Of a stretch of DNA of 64,000 bases, positions 46,136-60,120 are shown one piece after another. This DNA comes from the human T2T-CHM13v2.0 reference genome, Homo sapiens. The position numbers and the translations under genes are program-made. The notes below the pieces were generated by a model. It saw only the letters and a list, made by a program, of their open reading frames with translations. It made no database searches and was not told the origin of the DNA. The DNA lies in NCBI RefSeq assembly GCF_009914755.1, contig NC_060947.1; one strand, 5' to 3'. Within the stretch, counting starts at the first letter, position 1. Every line of letters starts with the position of its first letter.

Positions 46136-47404
46136 CATCCTTAATTTTTCTGTCATCTGTAATCTCAACTCTGTTGGAGGGCATTGAGCATTGCAGCTAG
46201 ACTGAATTCCACAGCTGGGGAAAGGAACGGTGGATTGGGATTGGCTTAGAAGATGCAAAATGTGGAGAGAGTGAAGTGGACCTAAAGCACAGTGTCCAGG
46301 GATGAAGCTGGATCAAGAACCCAAGAGTAGATGGGTGTAGGCTTGTGAATAAGGAATTATCAATTTAGTGGGCTTGCTCAGGGAGACAAAAACAAGGTGC
46401 AGCACAACAAAACTGCAACCAGCAATCTCAAACCTTGTGGGGAGGGAGATGCTGAAGTGACCAAACTTGCACAGACATTATTCATTTCCCTATCCCTACT
46501 GCCTAGCACAATGCCTAACTCATTTTTGGTGATCAGTAAACATTGAATGAATGATAGGAAGGGAAGATTGATAGAAATATGAAATTTTGCCAGCTATGAG
46601 TTTTATGGAATATGGTGCCCAATGAAAAATGCACAGAGCCTTTTTGAGCAATGACTTGCATCTGATTATAAATGCATAGAAAATATGAATTGCTGTGTGA
46701 ATTCTAAGTAATGAGCTTTTCTAATGCTTTCCTCATTTTTCATTGCAGGTACAATTCAACTTAAGTCTTTCATGGTTAGACAGGTTTTTGAATGCCACTT
46801 GTATGTTCAAAGCTAATTTACTTAATAGCTACCTTATCTGAACCTTGAACAATATTACTGAAGCATTTAGATTGAGAGAAAGAGTTTGGGCGGAACATTT
46901 CCCATCCAATTTCAGAAGACTAATCAATTTACATTTTTAATGACATTTCCTTTTCTTTCTTCAGGAAGGCTGAAAGGGAGGATAAAATCTCATTCTATCT
47001 TTTTTATTTCTAACTATAAGTTCAAAGTTGAGAAAGATTGGTTTTATTCTCAGCAAACCATGTGATATTTTCCTTACTCTTTTACAGAGAAAACAAAGGG
47101 AAAAAGAAAGATAAATGACAGCACGTAGATAACACAAAAGTAGAGCCAACACTTCCTCAATTTTACTCTTGCTTTACAAAATGCAAGCAGGCTGCTCTCC
47201 AAAGGGTAGTTCCAACTTAAAATCATTTATTCTGTGGGTGATCTATTTTTTAGAGTTTAACATTTTGAGTTAACACTGTATCAGCCGTATAAGAAGGGCT
47301 GAAATCTATACCAAGGCATGGTCAGTTATTTAGACCAATTCTATGCATAAAATATTTTTAGAAAAGCTTGAAATTACTGAAGAGCCAACAAAAGCATGAA
47401 AGTG

Positions 47405-48458
47405 AAGGAAAATGTAAAATAACAAGTGTCTGTGAGGATGTGGAGAAATTGGAACCCTTGTGCATTGCTGGTTGAAATTTAATATGGTGTAGCCACTGTG
47501 GAAAACAGTTTGGTAGTTCCTCAAAAAGTTAACCATAGAAATTCCATATGACCCAGCAATTCTACTTCTAGGTATATGCCTGAGAGCACCAAATCTGCAG
47601 AAACACAAAAATATTTTCTCTACACTCCCCACTGTTGAAGACTACACTTTTCAAAATTTTATAAGGTTCAGTTTATCAACTCTGGACTATTTAAGAATGC
47701 TTTACCCCTAAGATCAGAAACAAGGCAAGGATTTCCACTCTAATAATTTCTATTCAGTATTTTATTGGAGGTCCTAACAAGTGGAGTAGCAAGAAAAAAA
47801 AAACAGATTAGCAAAGGAAGAAGTAAAACAGATTTCATTTGCATATTATACGATCATCTATGTAGAAAATTCTACAAAAAGTTTAATAGAACAATAAGTG
47901 AGTTTAGCAAAATTACAGATACAAGGTCACTTGTATCTGTACAAGTTATATAGTGATGAACAATCGGAAATTGAAATTTTATAATTAACATTTACAATAA
48001 CATCAAGATATGAAATACTTAGGGATAAATTAGCAAAGAATGTTACTCTTTGCTGCCCTTTGCCATAGAACCTCAAAGCTACATCTGTACACTGAAAACT
48101 ATAAAATATTGCTGAGGGAAACTAAAGAAGAACTAAACAGAGTTAATACTATATTCATGAGTCAGAAGACTCAATATTGTTTAAATGTCAGTTGTCCCTA
48201 ACTGATCTATAGACTCGACGCAATCTCAATTACAATCCAGCAGGCTTTTTTTTTTTTAAAAAAAAGAAGAAATTAACAAGCTAATTGTAAAATTTATATG
48301 GAAATAGAAAGGACCTAGAATAGCGAAAACAATTTTGAAAAAGAAGAACAAAATTGCAGGATCTATAGTACTTGATTTTTAGGCTACAGTTACCAAAACT
48401 TATCTGTGAAAAGTCAGGCATATAGGTAATGGAACAAAATAGAGATTCCAGACATGGA
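47405..48458 (+). mobile_element. Old L1M ORF2 fragments
   Basis: Two non-collinear degraded ORF2 pieces (47405-47580 and ~47690-48458). Confidence 0.7.
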
Positions 48459-48608
48459 CCCTGTAATCCCAACTACTTGGGAGGCTGAGTCTCCAGAATC
48501 ACTTCATCCCAGTAGGCAGAGGTTGCAGTGAGCCGAGATCGCACCACTGCACTCCAGCCTGGGGAACAAGGTGAAACTCTGTCTCAAAAAGAAAAACAAA
48601 AACAAAAC
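48459..48608 (+). mobile_element. Alu right arm only
   Basis: cctgtaatcccaactacttgggaggctgag...gtctcaaaaa; no left arm or TSD. Confidence 0.9.
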
Positions 48609-48609
48609 A

Positions 48610-49172
48610 GGATGGTTGTGTCTGTACTGAACATGTGAACATATAAAGACCTTTTTTTGTGTGTCATTATTCCCTGAACAATACAGTATAACAACTATTT
48701 TATTTTTTGAGACAGGGTCTCGCTCTGTTACTCAGGCTGGAGTGCAGTGGTGCAAACACAGTTTACTGCAGCTTTCACCTCCAAGGCTCAGGCGATCCTC
48801 CTGCCACAGCCCCTCCTGTAGCTGGGATCAGGATGAATGCCACCATGACTGGCTAGTTTTTTAAATTTTTGTAGAGACAGGGTCTCACTTTGTTGGCCAG
48901 GCTGGTCTCGAACTCCTGGGCTCAAGTGATCCTTCCGCCTCAGCCTCCCAAGGTGCTGGGATTTCAGGCGTAAGCCACCATGCCTGGCTATAAAAACTAT
49001 TTACACAGCATTTATATTGTATTAGGCATTATAAGTAATCTAGAGATGATTTAACATATACAGGGGAATGTGCATAGGTTGTATGCAAATACTACACTAT
49101 TTTACATAAGGGACTTGGGCATCCTCGAATTTTGGTGATTATCAGAGGGAGGTCCTAGAACTAGTCTCCCAC
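48610..49172. mobile_element. Partial MER2 (TcMar-Tigger) interrupted by an Alu
   Basis: gtctgtactgaacatgt...ataagtaatctagagatgattt...ataagggacttgggcatcc. Confidence 0.8.
48701..48988 (-). mobile_element. AluJ-like SINE with TSD
   Basis: TSD tataa(c/a)aactattt at 48687 and 48989. Confidence 0.9.
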
Positions 49173-50372
49173 ATGGAGCTTGCATTCTACAGTGAATACA
49201 GGTACTTGCAATGTAGGGCAGAATGTGATCACTACTTTTACAGAGGTACAAAGTCCTTTAGAAGTACTGAGGTGGGGAGATTAATTCCCTGGAAGAAAGT
49301 GGAAGACATCCTAGAAAATGGCCTGTGAATCATGTGTTTGAGGAAAGATTGGTTTTGGTCAAGAAGAAGAGAAATGGTGTTTTAGTGGCAGGGAATATTG
49401 AAAAAAAACAACAATAACAAATGTTTGGAGGTGAAAATTCATAGGGAGCTCATCATATTCCTTAACAGGATTGGCACTAAAAGCATGACAAATGGCAGAA
49501 GGGAGGAAGGGCCAAAAAGTGAGACTGGAAAGAGGAGGCAGAGGCCTTGAACGTGAATGTCAGGCTGTGGATTAAGGAGTTCATCTGAACAACTTTAAAT
49601 AATTCTCAACCTTTCTTAAAAGGACATAAAATTATTTTTCTCTTGGCCAGTCAAAAAAGCTCATATTCATAAATGATTTTAAAGGCATTCAAAATGTACA
49701 TTTAGATTTTAAAACTAGGAAGAATAATATAATTTTATGTAAAAAGCATGAAATCTTTCAAATCTGCTCATAGATATTTTCTTTATTATCTTTCTATATA
49801 ATCCTAGAAAATAAACTCTTTGAGGGCAGGGACATGTGATTTAATTCTTTCATATTTGCTGCTGTGCAGGCCATTTGATAGGTATAACCAGCTGTGATAT
49901 AAAAATGCTCTCAACATTAGTAAGAAACGAGCATTTCCAAATTTAAAAAAGGAAAGAAAAATCCACAACCTACAGCCAAGGAATAGATCTGGAAAACAGG
50001 CTAGAAACAAGAGACTTTGTTTCTTGAAGCTCCTGCTCCCAAATTCCAGCTCTCAAGTGGAGCTCCCCGACTCCACCTCCATCCAGGCCGCACTGAATAT
50101 CCTGTGAATTTCCCAAGGCCAACAAGCTTCCTCCTCCTAGAATCCAGCCCCTAGAAGGGGACACAGTTCACCCATCTCAGAACACCATTCTGCTTTGTTG
50201 AAAACTCTTTTCTTCCTTTTTATCCCAAAGGAAATGGGACACAGAACCTCTCTTTGCGGCACACTCAATACCCTCTCCTATAGGAAAGCATAAACCTCTG
50301 TCCTTCAGTCACTGACCCCCCTACACTAATCTCCAAAATAAGCCCCCCAGAGGGGACAGAAAGCCTTGCTGA

Positions 50373-50674
<302 letters not shown>

Positions 50675-51394
50675 CACTTGAGGATCTTGTCTTCTTTTTT
50701 ATCACATTCACTCCCAAGACAACTCCCAGTCTGTACTATTTCTCCCTCTGGCGTGCCATTCTTTTTAATGAAATACCATCACCTGTAAACTTGCTGAATT
50801 GCACTTTTGCTTTTGAACAATCCATCTAATGTTCTCAGCATTGAATTTAAGTAGACTGTTGTTCGTGTATTTAATTGAAAATAATTTTTTCCTCATTTTT
50901 TTTTTTTTGCTTGAATCTAAGGCTCTTTAGGAAACATCCCACCTGTGGTTGATAACAGTTACACAATTGGGCTCAAGATTTATGTCCTCATTATCTCTGC
51001 CTTGATTGGTTTTGCTGTCAAAGATCAACTAGGCATAGTTTTCCAGAACAAACCCTTCTTGCAATGGATGATAGATACCAAGGTAAAATAAGAAATATGT
51101 AACTGAGGAGAAGTGAGCATATTCCAAATAGCAGGATTTGGGAACTTGGAGACTATAGCAATGAGAGGTTTGGCAGAATGTCATTGGAGAGTTATTTCCC
51201 CACTTTAAATGTACTTTAAATGTGTCTCCATTGTGACAAATCAAATTGGCCACCTGCACTTGGGCATATGAGTCGTATGTTTCACCAAAACCCTTGACTG
51301 TTTACCTACCATTTGTCTTTGGCATGAGCCCATCTCAAATATAAATGATACTCCTCCTGTCTTGAACAACTTCACTAAAGAAATGGGTCTATAG

Positions 51395-51606
51395 CAGTGG
51401 TTTCAACCGGGGTTGATTCTGCTTCCCAGGAATATTTGGCAATGTCTGAAGACACTTTTAGTTGTCACAGCTGGGGAGATGCTACTGATATCTACTGGGC
51501 AAAGGCCAGAGATGCCACTAAACGTCCTACAATGCACAGGCCAGCCCCCCACAGCAAAGGAGTAGCCAGTCCAAAAAGTCAATAACGTCAAGGTTGAGAG
51601 ACCCTG
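51395..51606. mobile_element. MER20 (hAT-Charlie)
   Basis: Typical MER20 body; 8-bp TSD gtcta(t/g)ag on both sides. Confidence 0.92.
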
Positions 51607-54600
51607 GTCTAGAGAAAAGGAGACATTGCATATCACCCAAAAGAGTATTCCCTAGTGCCCTCTGTCTATGGCATGGGAAGCTAATGCTTTCTAAAAGCTG
51701 TCTGGATCAGCTTTTTCTCGCCAAGTTTAAATTACTGGATAGGATCTAGCACTGAAATTGGCAACTTTCAAATAGCTTTAAGGTAGATGCGTTAAATCTC
51801 AAATTTGGATGAAACACAAGAAAGCCATGGGAGAAGTTAAGCAGCAATTTGAAATCTAGGAGCAATGTGAGAACTGTGTGCAGGTGGCTTCACTCCAGCT
51901 CAGAGCGCCAAATATCCCATCGTGAGTTCTCAGATGGGGAGGAGCAAATACACATTTTTCATCAGAGGCAGATGCTGAAGCTGCAGTTATGGCCCATTCA
52001 GACCTTCAGAAGGTGCCCCTTCATTCCCAGTTTGATATCACTTTGATTCTAACTGCACCAGGTTGTCCTGATTCAGAGGGGTCAGCACAGAACTGCAGTC
52101 AGAGATCTTGCTGTTGACTTGTCCATTTTTATGTTCCATGTCAGACCTAATTGCTGTTTTCTTAAATAAGTAGTCTGTACATCTTTACTCGTGGTCAGGA
52201 AAAAAGTTCCTGTTAATAATTTACAAAAGGCAGAGCCACTCCTCTTTTGCATCCTCAAATCTCTTGGAGCACGTGATTGTTTAAGAATATCTGGTTTCCA
52301 AGTAGCTGAGTGATGAAATATGATTGGCCTCTCAGCATCGATTCCTCCTCTCCTTCCTCTCTCTCTCTTCCTGGATAGCAGTTGTTATGATACAATCATT
52401 CTTCTTATAAAAGAATAAAGAAGAGGTTCTCTCTTTCCATCCTTAGGAAAAGGTGGGCTGTTTTGGCTTCCTACCATGGAGGAGGACCTTGAAGGAGAAA
52501 ACTGGCAGACCTTCTCCATTCCCTGGTGCTTCAGCAGGGCAGCTGAGGATGAAGGAGAACATATTTGCCAGTGAGTAATGGTCTTCAAGGAAAAAATATC
52601 AGGGGTCTTATTGTTGCTTTCTGAGATGAGCTTGTGCTTTTCAGTAGGATGAATTTATTTGGAAAGAATTGAAAGCTGTGTCTCAGAATTATACAAGAAC
52701 GATGCCTTTGGAGAAAAATGAAGTCCTTCTGAGTTTTGTTCAGGCAATTCAAAAATTTAAAAAGAATATTGGAGGCAAGGCATGAATATCCTGTAAAACA
52801 GAAGGACAAAGCCGTATACTACTTTGGTCATTTATTTCCTTAGGAATAAATGTCCACAGGCACTTTTGGGAAAAGAAAAACTGATTTTAGCTGCCTGTTC
52901 ATTTCTATGGTATTATAATAGGCTATAATTCACAGTAAACTTTTGGCTGCACTTTTTACAAGGGAATTGAATTGTGTGCTGTGTTTATTTTCTTTTAAAG
53001 ATGCTGTCTTCTCAGTGACAAATATATCTGTCAGGATGAAAAGTTTTGATTTTTCAACAGAAAATGCTATGTTGGCTATGCAAATTGGTTTGTATTTAAT
53101 TGTTTCTTTATGTTCAATGGTCTTGATAAATACGTTTTTCTCCCTTGAGAACCATCATAATTTTACAGAAAGTTCAGACTATTGCTGAATGGCTTATGAT
53201 TTATATAAATATGTAATTCTTTTCTTGGGGTTGTCTAGCTTTCAAATACGAGAAATTCATCAGTAATGCACACACTTTGGAATGCTGATTGGAAAATTTC
53301 CAGTTATTCTGATATTTAATGCTTTCTCATTAATCACTGGCACTGTATATTATAAGACCCTTATAAATTTGTTTAGATGATATTCTTTCAGTAGATTCTA
53401 TGATTATTGAGTGTTTAAGCAGGGCAATACAAACATTATGTGCAGACCCAAATATAGAGGAACTGCCACAGGTTAAGAGAAGCTCTCCAGATTGATAAAA
53501 GTCATTGCCCTCAACTTTTGCTACTTGAGACTTTGAGCCAAATGTTTTTGAGTTTCCATAATTTTTCATGTCAATAATTACTTGGTGGCACTATTTGTCT
53601 ACAACACTTTTGAGATGAGTGCAAATGAAACCTTTTTTTGTTATGCAGTTCACTGTAAGGTAGATTTAGAAATTGATGTTATTCTATGAGACTCAAACAC
53701 ACAAAAAAGTCTGACATTTGGAACTATCTACTGTGATCCCCAAAAGCTGTTGGCTTGCAACATAATTTCACTGGATGACTTTTCTTTTTAGCGCCTACAT
53801 TTTTCTCCTGATTTCTTACTTGAAGGGTGAAATGATTGAATGTTTGGGCTCTGGAAAGTCATCACTTAAGACATAGGATCCTGGGATTTGTGCCTCCTAT
53901 CTTTCCTAATCAATAACATTCAAAGAAATAGATTCAGCTCCAAGCTCACTGAAGCTTGTTTATGGGTTTGGGAGGAAGTAAGTAATAAAAGAGGTAAGAA
54001 ATATTTTAAATCAAAATACTAGGCCAAACCACTGAATTCCAGTTCAATAGTCTCTTGACTATTATAGCATCTATCTAGTAAAAGGTCTGGCTGTGATTTG
54101 TTCTCTTAAAATTAGTGCTATATATGTCTCTAAAGACTGAAGCTTTTTGTTATCCCTGGATACACCTAATAGTTTGATAGTCATTAGATTATCCAGGTTA
54201 CTATATTATTTTATATATATAATTCTATTTTATTTTTAGAATCAACATAAAAAGAAACCATTATTATCACTTCAGCTTAGGTCTGCAGTGGAGAACACTC
54301 TCAACTATAGAACTATGTAAATATAGTTCAAGATTCAATGGGCAGGGATAATTATCATAGAGCCACAAGTGACGCTAGTTCAGTTTGCTCAGCTGAGTCC
54401 TACTCATGCTGTTAGCTTCGCTAGAATAAGGTCTATAATTTTTAGTCTGTCTTCCAATGGAGCAATTGAGGTTTCCCAGACTGGGGGTCTCCATGCTCCT
54501 CCATCTGTATGCCTCATGGCTGATCTGAAGGACTTATTATCATAAGACTCAAGTAAAGAGAGAGATTTACTTTTCTAAAGTTTTATAACTCTTTAAAATT

Positions 54601-54679
54601 AAAGTGACTTGAGATTGTTTTTGTTGTTTTGCTGTTGATTAAAGAGCAGCTAGTTCCTTTGCCAAGTAAAGCAGGTACA

Positions 54680-54890
54680 TGGAATGGTTAGGACCGTGTT
54701 TTCTGAAACCAGCTTGATCTGGTATGCACCCTAGAGCCTTCATTTATTGGCTATATGATTTTGGGCAAGTTTGTCAGCTTCATTAAGCCTCAGTTCCCAT
54801 ATCTCTAAAATGAGGATAATACCTATTTCATCTGGTTGGGGAGATAAGTGAGTTACTATAGGAATTTCTCCTAACACAGTGCCTGGTTCA
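54680..54890 (+). mobile_element. MIR
   Basis: gattttgggcaagtt...aagcctcagttcccatatctctaaaatgaggataatac. Confidence 0.75.
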
Positions 54891-55183
54891 TCCAATTATC
54901 TAGTTATTGATGATGATAACTAGATCATCACTTATTGTTAGTACTATTAGCAGTGAGAATAGAGACTTTCAAAAGCTCTTGATTGCATGCCTTCAAGTTC
55001 AGTTTGTTGAGTGAAAATTATAGGCTATATTGCTATATATCCTAATAGAAAGAATGATTCATTTAGGACTTGGGAAAAGGAGTGAGTACAGGAAGATGAG
55101 AGAGATAGTTTAATACTTCTGTCCTGTGCAATTTTTTTTGTTTTCCTAACACAAAGCTTAGTATAAAGTATAGTGAAAATTGA

Positions 55184-55495
<312 letters not shown>

Positions 55496-55619
55496 TGAAT
55501 TTATTATTAGTGGGTTTATTAAATGAGGCAAAACAACAAGATGAGTGTATTTCAGTTCAACAAATATTTACTGAGAACCTACCACATTGCAAAATGCTGG
55601 AGTTCAAAGATGAAGACAA

Positions 55620-56350
55620 AGTTACAATGAGATGCCGTGCCACACCTATGAAAATGGCTAAAATAAAAATGCTGGCAATGCCAAATGCTGACAATTCCAA
55701 ATGCTGGCAAGGATGTGGAACAACTGGAACTCTCATACATTGCCAGTATAATCTATTGGCAAAATAGTACAGTCACTTTGGAGACAGTTTGGCAGTTTCT
55801 CATAAAGCTAAAAATACATCTGCCATAATGCTCATATAATCCCACCCCGGGTATTTACCCTAGAAGAATAAAAACTTACATTCCCACAAAACCTTCTCAT
55901 GAATGTTTACAGCAAGTCTATCAAAATTGCCCCAGACTGGAAACAACCCAAATACCCTTTAGTGGATGAATGAATAAACAAACTATGTTAAATCCTCACA
56001 ATGGAATACTACTCAGTGATACAAAGAAGCAAATTATTGATACATACAACAAATTGGATGAATGTCAAAGGCATTGGCTGAGTGAAGCCAGTTTCAAAAG
56101 GTTATTTACTGTACAATTCCATTTATAAGACATTTTCAGAGAGACAAAACTACAGTGACAGAGAACAGATCAGTGGGTGCCAAGGATTAGGGGTTGGAGG
56201 AGGGTGTGTCAGCACCCTGGGTGGTGGAAATATTCTGTATCTTGATTGTAGTCATGGTTACACAAACATATACATGTGATAAAGTTTATGGGACTGTACA
56301 TCCTCAAAAGTCCATTTTATTGTACAGTCATTTAAAACATGAAAAATAAG
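55620..56350 (+). mobile_element. L1ME/L1MD-type 3' region
   Basis: End of ORF2 plus 3'UTR (gagaacagatcagtgggtgcc...atattctgtatcttgattgtagt). Confidence 0.75.
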
Positions 56351-56998
56351 AATATTAGTTTCTTGCCCTTAAGGAGTTCATAGGTTCAGTGAGGGAAAAA
56401 CACAAACACGAATAAGTATAATACAGTGCAGTGAATGCAGCGATTAAGACTAAGACATACCAAGAACAGAGTTACCAACCAGCTTGACATGCCAGGCTGG
56501 TATGCAATGAATGAGTTACAAAAGTATCCGGGTGTTGCTGCACAAGGTTTATGAAAGCCAGAGACCCAGGCCAGTTGCTTTTGGCCAAGCACAGTCTTGT
56601 CTACCCTCAACCATTTTCTATGTGTGCCAAGATATAAAAAAAAGTTTGAAAAGAGTCTTGGCATAGTGTATTGTGAGAGCATAGAAGAGGAACACATTGC
56701 CTGGCGGACTGGGAGGGGGAATTCCCAGGGAAAGACTTCATAGAGGAGACAACACCTGCCCTGGGAATTAAAGGGTAAAGAGGAGATAGCCAAGAGAGGG
56801 CTTCTTCAGGGGAGGAGGAGGACATTTCAGCAAGTCATTCCTTGCCTGAGAAAGGTACAGAGGGGTCGAAGAGTGAGGTGTGAGTTGGGAACTCTAGGGC
56901 GTTCAAGATTATAATAGTGTGAGTGGGGCTGGCAAAGAGAGACTGTGAACAGATTTATAGAGGACCTTGTATAATAAAGGAGCATTTTGTTTTATGAC

Positions 56999-57340
56999 AT
57001 AGTTTGAGCATCCCTAATTCGAAAATCCAAAATTTGAAACTTTTTGTGCACCAACATGACGCTACAAGTGGAAAATTCCATACCTGACCCCATGTGACAG
57101 GTCGCAGTAAAAACATGGTTAAAACTTTGTTTCATGCACAAAATTATTAAAAATATTGTGTAAAATTACCTTCAGACTATGTGTATAATGTATATATGAA
57201 ACATAAATGAATTTCATGTTTAGACTTGAGTCCCATCCTTGAGATATTATGTATATGTAAATATTCCAAAATCTGAAAAAATCTGAAATCCGAAACACTT
57301 CTTGTCCCAAGCATTTTGGATAAGAAATATTCAACCTGTA
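56999..57340. mobile_element. Tigger4/MER46 (TcMar) element
   Basis: gtttgagcatccctaattcgaaaatcc ... cccaagcattttggataagaaatattcaacctgta terminal inverted repeats. Confidence 0.85.
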
Positions 57341-57534
57341 GTAGATTTGGAGCATATTTAGGGGCTCCCAGGGATGAGGCAGCAGAGAGGGTGATTTGAT
57401 AAAAGAGAGAGGAGACTGGAGGGATGAGGTAATGGGAAGAGGTATAGGGTTTGGTCTTAACTGTCAAGTCCTAGAGAACTCTTTGGCAACACATATGGCT
57501 TTAATGGAAGACTGTGTCTCCTGGGGAGGTCCCT

Positions 57535-57670
57535 GCATTCATTCATCCATTATTAAATTCATTCAAACACTCTTTATTGAGCACCTGCTCTCTGCCAGGC
57601 GCTACTCTAGGCCTTCGGGATCCAACAGTGAATGAAACCAAAGCCCAGCCTTTACAGAGCTGATATTTTA
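57535..57670 (-). mobile_element. L2 3' end
   Basis: cattcattcatcc...ttattgagcacctgctctctgccaggc. Confidence 0.7.
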
Positions 57671-59559
57671 GGGGCCAAATGAGCTGAGCTTTGGCAAATT
57701 TTTGGAGTGTAAGGGGCCTCTGAGACATCCAGGTTGGCAACACCTAGTAAGTAGATGTTAGCGGTGAAGAGCAGTCTGGGCTACAAATATAAATTGGGGA
57801 TCATTGGCACAAAGACAGAAATTGGAAACTTAGGCATTGGTTGAATAATCTATTTCTTTCACCTCAGTTCTCAATGATTTGCCATTGGATCTGGTCCTTA
57901 TGTGTGAGGAGGGATGTATCTAGCTTATGCCATAATCTCAGGGTGCTCATTTACCCATACTTCTTTTTTTATGGCATTTTGGTAAAAGGCTCTCTAATCT
58001 TTCTTGAGGAGATTGTCTGAAGATTAACAAATATCTCTGATATGCAAAGCATTATACTAAGCTCTAGGGGGGATGGAAAATAAATAGTAGATCTAGTCCC
58101 TGTTCTGAAAACACTTCAAATCTACAAGGAGAGATCACCCCTATACACTTTGTAAATGGTCCATGGTGCTTGAGGACAGCCATAAGCAAATTCTAGGCTG
58201 CTAAGGAGATTGAAATTCTAGCTGAAATTCTAGGCTGCTAAGGAGATTGAATCTTCCAGTACGTATGCACAGGCAGAGCTGTAAAGTAATTGTCAAGGAC
58301 ACTTCCAAAGGGCATATGGTTTGAAACTGGTTTCTGATGCCCTGAATCCACACTGGGTTGGAATGACATAGGCCAAGTTATTGGGTCTGACTTGAGATAA
58401 TTCAGATGGGCACATGCGTTTTGAAACAATTTTGACCCAGCTGTGTTGGAGCTCTTGTGACTTAGGTACCTATTGATGCCACTATGTTGATGTGGTCCCA
58501 GAACAAATCATTGAAATTCCAGCTGTTCTGATAACCAGGAAATAAACAAATGGATGTCCTTTCTTCATCTTAGGGCCTCATCTCCCCTGTGGTGGAGTTG
58601 GGACAAGGTGGGATTCAGAGGTGGGATGAGGTAGGGTACAGGCTCCATCTGGCAGGCAAAGAACCCATGACAGGGATTCATGTGCTAACCTTGTCCTCTG
58701 CTCATAAGGACCTTTTGTCATTCTAAGCTGAGTGATTGCTCATTCTTAGAGATGTCATGGACACCTTGAATAAATGGTCTACATCTCATGTTAATTTCAC
58801 CTTTAAAATCATGATGGCTCTACTTGTTTATATTCAATAAAGAATTACACTTAAAAATATTTCCTTTTCCATTTGATAATTGAGGGGATAGACGTCTCTG
58901 CTATTTTGAAGGCTTTTTGGTTACACTCAGTTTTATTGATCAGTGTTATGTTGCTTGTTCAAGGGAAGAAGGAGGAGGAATTTACATGTCCTTATTCTCA
59001 GTGCCATACTGCGCAGAAAGTCTTCAAATAAATTCTTAAGTGTTTTTCTAATGTGTGTGTATATATGTGTATGTGTGTATATATATGTATATGCAAACAC
59101 ACATTAGAAGAACAGTTAGGTATTTATATATACACACATATACATATACACACAAACACACATACACATAATATGAATATATATATATCCACCAATATTC
59201 ATATTATAAATTTCCTTTGAATTTATGGTTTTAAGAGATAATTGAGTTACCCTTTGAGACTTAGTTCTAACAGACTTAAAAAGAGCTTTATTACCTTTTT
59301 ATTATAAAATTAATTCATTCTTATAAAAATTTTTAAAATACTGGCGTGAATAAAGTAAAATGTGAAATCTGCATAATAGAGGAGAGATTAAATATAGAAT
59401 AAGGATCAGGGATGTCTATCATGTGCATGACTTTGTAACAAAACACAGATTTCACATTTTGGTGGGCCCTTTTGACAAGGATCCCGACTCACCATTGCTG
59501 AATCATAATGTTCCTTGGCATGTAACAGGCCCATCGAAATGGATGCACCGAAACTGTTG

Positions 59560-60120
59560 TGTCATCCCACTTCTAGGTATATTATCCAAAAGAATTGAAA
59601 GCAGGATATCAAAGAGATATCTGTACAGCCATATTTACAGCAACATCATTTATAATAGCCAAGAGGTAGAAGAAGCCCAGTGTCCATCAGTGGATAAATA
59701 GATAAGCAAAATATGATATATTCATACAATGGAATATTATTCAGCCATTAAAAGGAAGGAAATGGACACAGGCTACAACATGGATGAACCTTCAGGATAT
59801 TATGCTAAGTGAAATAAGCCAGTCACAAAAAGACAAAGTGCTATATGATTCTACTTATAGCACTTATTCTACTTATATGAGGTATCTAGAGTAATCTGTT
59901 GCATAGAGACAGAGAGTAGACTGGTGATTGACAGGGGCTGGGGGGTGGAAGAATGGGGAGTTGTTTAGTGAGTATAGCCTTTCAGTTTTGCAAGATGAAA
60001 AGCATTCTGGAGATTGGTTGCATAATAATGTGAATATATTTAAGACTACTAAGCTGTACACTAAAAAATGGTTAAGATAGCACATTTTATGTGTATCTTA
60101 CCACAATTAAACATTTTTTA
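59560..60120 (+). mobile_element. L1MB-type 3' end
   Basis: gctaagtgaaataagccagtcacaaaaagac...ttctggagattggttgc...aaaatggttaagatag. Confidence 0.85.

Noticed and set aside
55667-55712. Three 16-bp units aaatgctg(g/a)caa.. resembling a short array
   Set aside because: Simple slippage inside an L1M fragment; no spacers, and not CRISPR-like.
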